17,651 nucleotides of DNA, taken from contig CM082583.2 in the NCBI GenBank assembly GCA_040954595.2, positions 2,347,309 through 2,364,959 on the forward strand, written 5' to 3'. The notes under the pieces are model-generated. The model made no database searches. It saw only the letters and a list, made by a program, of their open reading frames with translations, and was not told the DNA's origin. Of the stretch, positions 11,763-17,651 are shown one piece after another; positions within the stretch are counted from its first letter, which is position 1; each line of letters opens with the position of its first letter. The stretch is from Balanoglossus misakiensis (lineage: Eukaryota; Animalia; Hemichordata). A program made the translations under genes and the position numbers.

Positions 11763-13410
11763 AGAGGTGTTTGTGAATGCAGCCTAAAGGCGGAAGTAAT
11801 GTCACCTGCCCAGACTGCAGCCACGACTCCAATTTAGACCGAGCCAAAACTCACCAAATTCGTGACCAGTACATTGTGTAAGTCAGTTATTGCAACTCGC
11901 AACGGTGTGTTACGGGACACATGCATTTGGTCATCAGTTCGTAAAATTCACTCGGCAGAAGTAATGACCAAAAGAGTGATGATATGCAGTGTAATGCACC
12001 GTTACTCGTACAATAACCTTTACATACACTTTGCTGGAAATTGTGATGTATCTAGCAGCCTCTTGAAGTCAATCAAATACATAGTTTTGTTGGAAGCAAA
12101 GCGGACAAAACATGACTAGATACATTTGTACTAGACTATAAGTTACATGTACCTAACGATTAGAAACTCAGTATACGTATCACTGAATGTGAACATGAAA
12201 TCTGAATAACCTACTTCTCAGAGTGTCGTCGAAGTCTTCTGGTAAAGCCAGGATATGGATTGTATGGTAACTCTGGACGATTAAGTAGAGAATAGCAGAG
12301 CTGAGACACTGTATGATCAATTTCAGTGTCACTGAGATATTTCATGATTATTGAGATGTTGGCAGCTACTTGAGGATCAACAGGTGGTTCATAGTTATAA
12401 CGTTGTCATTGAACTAAGTCTTCATCATCTGAAACCTATTCAGTAAATCACAAGATAAAATCACAAGATAAAAATCCAAACCAAAATGACTGAAAAAGAT
12501 CATATACAAAGTATTTTTCAAAGAGGAGATTACTGGCAGTTGAAATATTATTCACAGTTTACAGTTTATGGTTTTTCTACCTACAAAGGCTTCATATTCT
12601 ATTTGAGATCAAATACTGTAAAAGCATTGATTTATCAGTAGGTTTTTGAATTGACTATTTAAACTAATCTGCTAAATAAAATCCCAGTCAATATTTAAAG
12701 CGCCTAGCTCGTCTCACAGGCATGTTCCAGCTGTAGCCGCTGGTTACAGGTGATTAGTGAACAGTCAATCCCATAAGGCAGTGCTCTGTCCTAACAACAG
12801 AGAAGATGGCGGCGACCATAATCTGTGTCGGAGATCGTGAAAAGACACCAGCTTGAGTGAAAAGGAGGGACAAAACCAGAATCTACTTATACGGTGCGCA
12901 TGAAATATGGAAGGAAGCGAAGGCAATCCACTATTTGAATGCATCGAACGGAAAATTTGCTGGGAAGTTACGCTCATGCGCGTGAGACGATCTATTGCCT
13001 TTAATATTACAACAGAACATTGATCACCAAAGCATGAAAGCCATGAATGAAACACCTACGAATTGACTTCAAATATTTACAGTGAAATTAAATCCAACTT
13101 AAAATTACTGCTTCTAAGAATTGCAACTGTGCTTGCATTTTATTGCTTGTGTGATACAACTTATTGGGTCTTTGAGTCACAACCATCATTTTCACACATT
13201 GATACTCACATCTGAAAAATCTGATCCATCTGAGTCTTTCTCAGCAATAGCATGTAATGCATTTCCTTTGGACCGACTTCTCAGATTCTTGATGAAATTT
13301 GCTGCCATGCCCATTGATGCGACTGACGGCCGACCTCTTTGGCTTCCTCTGCTTTGATTTGGACGACTGTCTGTCTTGGATGCAGGCTGTGATCTCCCTG
13401 ATACACTCAT
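966..13410 (-). CDS. Spliced uncharacterised protein-coding gene, 11 coding exons in window, 3' end outside window; N-terminal RIIa/Dpy-30-like docking motif; one in-frame TGA at codon 77
   Basis: Hand-assembled exons 13410-13210, 12435-12215, 10221-9984, 9027-8911, 8181-8103, 6996-6851, 6264-6161, 4596-4409, 2866-2686, 2011-1919, 1089-966. All introns are GT..AG and the phases chain 0,2,0,0,1,0,2,1,2,2,0. Total 1692 nt = 564 codons with a single internal stop. Family not recognised beyond the docking-like motif. Confidence 0.88.
1919..2011 (-). CDS. Coding exon 10 (ESFQRRIAKMHPESDIFKIAYLILLLFLMDK)
   Basis: Acceptor tttttgttttctgtatgaacag|, donor TAA|GTAAGT, 93 nt, phase 2 to 2. Confidence 0.87.
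2686..2866 (-). CDS. Coding exon 9 (DVGRRTASAAIDGKGGKNPKDG...YVPEGWKATAPIR)
   Basis: Acceptor tttttctcctctgatag|, donor CAG|GTAAGG, 181 nt, phase 1 to 2. Confidence 0.85.
2911..3332. mobile_element. Kolobok-like (TTAA-target) MITE
   Basis: Termini GGATGTACG...CGTACATCC flanked by TTAA and TAAA. Internal perfect 25-bp inverted repeat at 3011-3035 / 3153-3177. Confidence 0.65.
3382..3587. mobile_element. TA-flanked MITE (Tc1/mariner-type target)
   Basis: ~22-bp imperfect TIRs ttcactgaagcatgctgattga / tcaatgaacatgcttcagtgag with TA on both sides. Confidence 0.65.
3900..4330 (+). mobile_element. Degenerate DINE-1/HINE-like (Helentron-associated) element; boundaries approximate
   Basis: Shares gacaacttca..tgaac.aaa and caccaaata.ca...gcag.ggttt with 7740-8060, followed by (ACAG)/(AC) microsatellite and ccataag. 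Confidence 0.5.
4409..4596 (-). CDS. Coding exon 8 (LASFGEFPYVTAREGFFWKKAHVEAYLSMY...PPPSQSS)
   Basis: Acceptor ttctttctgctcttccaaactcag|, donor CTG|GTAGGT, 188 nt, phase 2 to 1; same frame as track ORF 4341..4595. Confidence 0.9.
4849..4987 (+). repeat. Dispersed repeat, copy 2 (copy 1 at 789-932)
   Basis: Alignment by eye to 789-932. Confidence 0.85.
5006..5766. mobile_element. 761-bp foldback non-autonomous DNA transposon with ~110-bp TIRs and perfect 8-bp TSD (Merlin- or Mutator-like)
   Basis: TIRs 5006-5115 / 5658-5766 differ only by one base in a T run. TSD GAAAATCC at 4998-5005 and 5767-5774. GG..CC termini, four subterminal CGAAAC repeats per arm, and an extra 26-bp inverted repeat at 5219-5244 / 5631-5656. 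Confidence 0.92.
6161..6264 (-). CDS. Coding exon 7 (CVFLLDQYKEIYKRGNKQYLFHFVDTKDGQPEEDL)
   Basis: Acceptor tttttcatttgacag|, donor TCT|GTAAGT, 104 nt, phase 0 to 2. Confidence 0.88.
6851..6996 (-). CDS. Coding exon 6 (MEVPGSYEKFPDSTIDDLWTPDMMDNRRTDFEAALVNSIQKAKPITME)
   Basis: Branch-like ctgac then ttgctttatag|, donor GAG|GTGAGT, 146 nt, phase 1 to 0. Confidence 0.9.
7163..7408. repeat. Degenerate (ATTC)n/(GTTC)n/(ACTC)n tetranucleotide microsatellite
   Basis: Visible runs ttcattcattca, ttcgttcgtt, actcactcactcac. Confidence 0.9.
7740..8060 (+). mobile_element. DINE-1/HINE-like element 3' part: core, (ATCC)/(ACAT) microsatellite, terminal stem-loop, A run
   Basis: Microsatellite at ~7955-8010, then hairpin ggtcccat-ggta-ca-tacc-a-atgggacc (8028-8054) and aaaaa. 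This layout is typical of Helentron-associated non-autonomous elements. 5' boundary uncertain (may extend to ~7449). Confidence 0.6.
8103..8181 (-). CDS. Coding exon 5 (GAQLFIEHILNDVNNTVLKQTPHVFLG)
   Basis: Long poly-T tract then atgtctag|, donor TGG|GTAAGT, 79 nt, phase 0 to 1. Confidence 0.9.
8911..9027 (-). CDS. Coding exon 4 (VQVMLSLVGPAVFTGTFYDDPPTVNIRVEYLIFGPDLNR)
   Basis: Acceptor gtgtttttag|, donor AGG|GTGAGT, 117 nt, phase 0 to 0. Confidence 0.9.
9683..9866. mobile_element. Tc1/mariner (pogo/Tigger-like) MITE
   Basis: TA|CAGTGA...TCACTG|TA with internal repeated ggacacctctc units. Confidence 0.8.
9984..10221 (-). CDS. Coding exon 3 (FHMNMKDSKTIKQLLENPVY...NEDHYS)
   Basis: Acceptor tttctcttctattctttag|, donor TCG|GTGAGT, 238 nt, phase 2 to 0; same frame as track ORF 9861..10214. 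Confidence 0.9.
11093..11170 (-). mobile_element. Possible decayed tRNA-derived SINE head
   Basis: The minus strand reads ctgggtttgattcccag, a T-arm/B-box-like hairpin. No full cloverleaf or clear A box. Confidence 0.3.
12215..12435 (-). CDS. Coding exon 2 (VSDDEDLVQ*QRYNYEPPVDPQVAANISIIMKYLSDTEIDHTVSQLCYSLLNRPELPYNPYPGFTRRLRRHSEK); contains in-frame TGA
   Basis: Acceptor tgaatag|GTT, donor GAA|GTAGGT, 221 nt, phase 0 to 2, matching both neighbours. The YL..I..L..LL..PELPYNPY pattern resembles RIIa/Dpy-30-type D/D domains. Not in the ORF track. Confidence 0.85.
12616..13082. mobile_element. Possible old Tc1/mariner-type MITE
   Basis: TA|CTGTAAA...gtagg and cctac...TTTACAG|TG form imperfect TIRs. 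Confidence 0.35.
13210..13410 (-). CDS. Coding exon 1 (MSVSGRSQPASK...DGSDFSD, 67 aa, low complexity S/R/D-rich)
   Basis: Acceptor tttcag| with pyrimidine tract puts the exon start at 13427; ATG at 13410 (gcaATG); donor GAT|GTGAGT at 13209; phase 0. Confidence 0.8.
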
Positions 13411-13605
13411 TGCAGCTTAAACTGAGCCTGAAAGGCTAACACGGCAAACAAAGAAATAACAGGTGAAAATTTGCCCTCCTCTTGAAACTTTTTTCTTCAG
13501 ATTTTATCAAAAGGTCCTTTCTGTAATTATTTTTCAGTATTTTTTTCTGTGTATCTACAACGCTTTCTTGTTTGGCTCCCTGGGGCAGAGTAAATCTTCT
13601 CAATA

Positions 13606-13695
13606 CTGTAAAACACTTTATTTTCGCGAGCAATTAATTTTCGCCAAATATGCGAGAGCCAAAATAGCGTTAAAATAAAAAGTCGCGTAAATTGT
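13606..13695 (+). mobile_element. Truncated Tc1/mariner-type MITE end
   Basis: TA|CTGTAAAA followed by repeated attttcgc motifs; no partner TIR found. Confidence 0.45.
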
Positions 13696-13956
13696 TTTTG
13701 AAGATAACGATGCAGTTAATGAAATAAGAGAACCCTATGTAAAAAATCCATATTGTTATTCACTTTCCTCAAGTTATTGTTTCAAAATTGTATGTCCAGA
13801 CCTGAATGTATGTATTTGTCAACACAACAATGATTGGTACACTTACGCATGACTTGTTCACAAGCAGAAAACTGGACATGTTGTAGAACCATAAATGCAT
13901 AGTTGATACACAAAACAAATTTAAATGCTGAAAACTGTCTCAGAGTCGGTTGGAAC

Positions 13957-14862
13957 CACAGGGGCCTCTCCCTCCGCGATTTTGTTTGTTTGTTGTTGTT
14001 GTTGATGATGATTTTTGGCATAATAAACAAATACATATTTCTTTATTAATAAATATATCGTTTGTTGACATGTAAGGGTTACGGTATATTCGACAGGTTA
14101 GGGTATTATCAACGGTTAGGGTTTGTGTTGGCATTTTTTTCGATCCACGGCCCCGGACATATCACTAAGCCACAAAGAGAGACAAGGGTGGAAACTAGCA
14201 CAGTAGTACGGCAAATCCTGAATGTCTCGTTTCGGAAGGCTAAAAACGTTAGTGAGATTCAAATTGGACCAATCAAATAGCTTGTTAGTTCTGCAAGGAT
14301 TCAAATTGGACCAATCAAATAGCTTGTTAGTCCTGCAAGGGGACGTCAATCGATTTCAGCCTGGTCTTTTAGCCTTCCGAAATGAGACATTTAAGTTTGG
14401 CCGTAACAACTGTACGGATGTCAACGGAGAACGATGTGAAATATCGCCGATTTATACCTTTTTATTGAATTACAGGATAGATATAGTAAGTATAGAGTAT
14501 GTTGTCACTGCAAACGTAATATTTCAAATGTCAGACATTTATTTGTTGTGTTATTCTGGACTTAAAAAAATACGTTGCTGGGACCCGGAAATGGGCTAGT
14601 TTCCACCCTTGTCTCTCTTTGTGGCTTAGTGATATGTCCGGGGCCGTGGATCGAAAAAAATGCCAACACAAATCCTAACCGTTGATAATACCCTAACCTG
14701 TCGAATATACCCTTACCCTTACATGTCAAGTTCAACAAACCATATTTATTAATAAATAAATATGTATTTGTTTATTACGCCAAAAATCATCATCAACAAC
14801 AACAACAACAACAACAAACAAACAAACAAACAAACAAAATCGCGGAGGGAGAGGCCCCTGTG
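13957..14862. mobile_element. 906-bp foldback non-autonomous DNA transposon with ~245-270-bp TIRs (P-element-like termini)
   Basis: Arms 13957-14199 / 14595-14862 are near-identical inverted copies. Termini CACAG..CTGTG; flanks GTTGGAAC / GTTGAAC resemble a 7-8-bp TSD with one indel. The spacer holds a 25-bp inverted repeat (14221-14245 / 14367-14391) and a 42-bp tandem duplication (14256-14339). Confidence 0.88.
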
Positions 14863-15376
14863 GTTGAACCTACACAATATGTCTATCGTGATATTCAGGT
14901 GGCCAAGGGCAAACATGCCTAATGATGATGTAGGATTGTGGGTGCAACGGCCTTTGTATTAGTACTACAATCTACAGAGGCCGTAACAGCCAAGTGATCA
15001 GTGTGCTCTCTAAGGCCATATGACGCGCCATTGACTCAACAAACTCACTGCATGGATTGGTGACTCAAGTAAATTATCCACAATACATGCAAAGGTATAG
15101 GGCTGACTCAGGGAAATTTATATAAATCCTCAAACTGACTTACTTAGGTTTACTTACTTAGCTTTCTAAAAAATTATGTTCGTTAGAGGGCACACTGAGC
15201 ACTGCATGTCATCATTCGCATCTACATTAATATGTTACAGAAGGGGAAGTGGTACAGCCTACACTACAGCAGGCCTATGCAGCCCTGCTTACACATTACA
15301 GGGGTGGGGGCCGTGCAACTCCGGGAACACACAGAACTGTACGCGGGGCTAAGGCCTATCATGGGCCTATGAATCC

Positions 15377-15469
15377 TTAGCTGCAGTTCAGTAGCTCCAG
15401 GTCTCCAGGAAAAACCCGGAGCTACTAACTGCAGCCATGGTCTCTCTAGTACCTCCATGCTGCAGCTAA
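15377..15469. repeat. Small palindromic MITE-like element
   Basis: TTAGCTGCAG...CTGCAGCTAA ends and an internal hairpin gctgcagtt(c)agtagctcc / ggagctactaactgcagc. Confidence 0.6.
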
Positions 15470-15578
15470 TGAAACCGCAGCAACTGTGGAGGGATACGGC
15501 GAACTCGCAGGAACTGTCAATAGTGTCATGCCAAAACTTGGTGACTCAATCAACAAAAATAAAAAAAAATGTTCCTAC

Positions 15579-15785
15579 CTGCACAAGTATTCAAGGGTAA
15601 AAACTCGACAGTTTCACTATTTTCTCAGTCAAGAGAATCGTGTCAATGTCAACAAACGACCATTTTCTCGGTTCTCACTATCAACAAATGCTTATCAACA
15701 ACACTGTTGACACCAGACGACGAGCTGTGGGGAATCGCCTCGTTTTGGTATTTCTGTCACGTGATAACAACTAACATGGCGGCCT
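15579..15785. promoter_or_regulatory. Probable compact bidirectional promoter region, with a possible non-coding first exon of the minus-strand gene
   Basis: E-box TCACGTGA (CACGTG at 15758-15763), YY1-type AACATGGCGGC overlapping the EMG1 ATG, and a second CACGTG at 15977-15982. On the minus strand a donor CAG|GTAGGA at 15579/15578 could splice to the acceptor at 13427. TSS positions cannot be determined from sequence. Confidence 0.55.
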
Positions 15786-15904
15786 CCCGAGAAAACGCTG
15801 ATGAAAATCCCAAGCCAGCAAAAATCTTAAAAACAGTGCATGCAAAAGACGACAAGAAGAGATTAATTGTTGTTCTAGAAAGAGCGTCGTTGGAGACTGT
15901 CAAG
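15776..15904 (+). CDS. EMG1: Exon 1 of 18S rRNA pseudouridine N1-methyltransferase NEP1/EMG1 (SPOUT family)
   Basis: Translates to MAASRENADENPKPAKILKTVHAKDDKKRLIVVLERASLETVK. RLIVVLE.ASLETVK is the conserved first motif of Nep1/EMG1. Good start context aacATGG, donor AAG|GTAATC, phase 0. Exon 2 was not found in the window. Confidence 0.95.
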
Positions 15905-16029
15905 GTAATCTTACTTCACTGCAGCTGCACGGAATTTGTGTGAATGTTACATGTTACAGGATCCCGTTTACGATAGCACGTGTCATGTGTTTTGCTGTTG
16001 CTCTGCTCTGCTCTGCTGCGTGGCCTGGC

Positions 16030-16252
16030 AAGGCTGATGATCGATCCGTATCCCTGTCATTCCGTTGACAGTTTGCGTTGGGGAGCCACTGTAGAATGAA
16101 CTGAAACAAGTTCATAGTCGGGATCCACAGTCGTACAATACCTTACGCGACTGTGTGCCAGCCGACTGCTTCTTGGACTCTGCCATTCTATGGTGGAGAC
16201 GGCCTGTTTGGAGGGTGAGAATGGAGAGTCACCTGAATGGTCGTAGACATTT
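16030..16252 (+). ncRNA. Candidate structured intronic ncRNA (snoRNA/scaRNA-like), family unassigned
   Basis: Several nested stems, TGATGA at 16035-16040, CTGA at 16101 and 16233, and a 3' hairpin followed by ACA-ttt, in the intron of a ribosome-biogenesis gene. No canonical H box and no C/D terminal stem. Confidence 0.35.
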
Positions 16253-16815
16253 AGGGACCCGTTCAGTTTTTACGGCGAATGTTTACGGGGGGGGGGGGGG
16301 GTCATCATTTTTTGGTCCTGGGTAAGGGGGGGGGGGGTTAGCTGTGATACGCAGCTGTACCTTGGGGGGGGGGGGGGGGGCTGGTTACCCAACTGTACAG
16401 CTGCGTACCACAGCTAAAGGCCGCCGCACACGAGAGAAATCAGCTGAGCAAAACGCCATTCGAGGAATTTTGCTCAGCAAGTTTCTCTCGTGTGCGGTGG
16501 TCTTGAGTAATTTTCCTCGCGAGGAAAAAAATATCAACATGTTGAATATCGTGATCCGCGGCGCAAAAGTAAAAAGATCAGGAAAAACCCGCCCGCACAC
16601 GGGTGGGAAAATTGCTGAGCAAAATTCCTCGAATGACTTTTTGCTCAGCTAATTTCTCTCGTGTGCGGCAGCCTTAACGGTAACCTCCCCCCCCCCTTTA
16701 CCCAGGACCAAAAAATGATGACCCCCCCCCCCCCCGTAAACATTCACCGTCCTGATCTTATGTACACTGTATGCAATAAAGGGAAAGAGGCTCGCCACAC
16801 CTCAATTATAAATTT
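16253..16815. mobile_element. Composite nested element: outer G-run inverted repeat enclosing two smaller palindromic elements
   Basis: Outer arms ~16272-16340 / 16681-16750, inner hairpin element 16341-16414, inner MITE 16418-16674. Both ends are homologous to 483-728 in inverted orientation. Confidence 0.8.
16418..16674. mobile_element. PIF/Harbinger (Tourist-like) MITE, 257 bp
   Basis: TIRs AGGC(C/T)GCCGCACACGAGAGAAAT... of about 63 bp; exact TAA target duplication at 16415-16417 and 16675-16677. Confidence 0.85.
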
Positions 16816-16859
16816 TGTAAAATAAAGGGCTCGTAACTGCAATTTTGTGGACTCAAGCA

Positions 16860-16990
16860 AAAGTTGGGGGGGGGGCAAAAGTATGTGACCCCTCCCCCTA
16901 AACGTTTAAAAAAAGATGACCCCCCCCCCCCCCTTTTTGGATTTCAAAATGTAAGTAACCCCGCCCCTGGACTTTGCCTCCCCCACTGTC
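16860..16990. repeat. G/C-run repeat fragment related to the gggggtcatc family
   Basis: gatgacccccc and gtgacccctcccc motifs resemble those in 570-650 and 16715-16735. Confidence 0.5.
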
Positions 16991-17651
16991 AGATCAAACA
17001 TATAATATGTTACACTCTGTCTAACAGGTTCAACTTCAGCTTGAGAGTTCCCTTAGCATAGCATGTTATTAATGGGCAAATCAGCAGGGCCTTCATCACT
17101 GGGCAACCTTAATGTGATGGTCGACTGTGCCTTAAAATTAATCCAATTTGTGTACCAGTTTGAGCTTTTGATATTGTTTTTTTGTTTGTTCTTTCAAGTT
17201 TCAGGGCTTTGTTATTCTTGTAGCTTGAAGGAATAAAACAATAACTGCCACTGTTGTACATCGCTAAGATTTAATAATACCTGTGTGAGTTGGCATATTG
17301 TTGCCCTTGACTTATCAGTTTTCACTATTGAAAATGATCTGAACATGCGTTGTGGACTAATTTCTGACTGGCCTTGCCCTTACCAAAAGGATATTGCCTA
17401 TTGTCATAGAAACTTATTTCACGATATGATTTGTTGAGATTAATATTTTCATTTTACTTGGTGGAAGGATACCAGTGCAATTCATATGATTTTGCAAAAG
17501 TAATTCTACCAGTACCATATTTCCCAAGCATTAATTTGTGTTTCAATTTTTTCCAAAAGCACTGCAATGCAATGGGACCAAGATATCAGTATTCTAGCAT
17601 AAAGCAGTGTACGAAATAAAGCCTGTCCGACAGTCCGAGACTGGTTGTTTT

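Noticed and set aside
14256-14339. 42-bp direct repeats as a CRISPR array
   Set aside because: Only two abutting copies with no spacer, in a eukaryotic transposon context.
15569-15775. N-terminal extension of EMG1 implied by track ORF 15569..15943
   Set aside because: The extension has no Nep1-like character; ATG 15776 has a strong start context and gives a typical N-terminal length.
15960-16252. Telomerase RNA, U17/snR30, RNase MRP/P, U3 or 7SK identity for the structured intron segment
   Set aside because: No CUAACCCU template, no U17 m1/m2 motifs, no P4 GAAAGUCCCC-type motif, no U3 box A/B arrangement, and no 7SK terminal stems.
16990-17651. EMG1 exon 2 or a second intronic H/ACA snoRNA
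   Set aside because: No frame encodes the expected G..YELLN.D.H motif. Weak hairpins near 17065-17135 lack a second hairpin and ACA tail.

Overview
Eukaryotic (animal) genomic DNA with AT-rich introns full of MITEs; the repeat style suggests a marine invertebrate (inference only). Two genes lie head-to-head. On the minus strand I assembled by hand a spliced gene of 11 coding exons (13410 down to 966, 564 codons, continuing off the left edge). All junctions are GT-AG and phase-compatible. It encodes an uncharacterised protein with an N-terminal dimerisation/docking (RIIa/Dpy-30-like) motif, and its otherwise intact frame has one in-frame TGA at codon 77 (12408-12406, context CAA-TGA-CAA). On the plus strand is coding exon 1 of EMG1/NEP1 (15776-15904). 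EMG1 intron 1 holds a highly structured ~220-nt segment (snoRNA-like candidate) and a nested set of inverted-repeat elements. The introns carry non-autonomous DNA transposons of several superfamily types, including two large foldback elements. Most ORFs in the supplied track are spurious or are partial exons.
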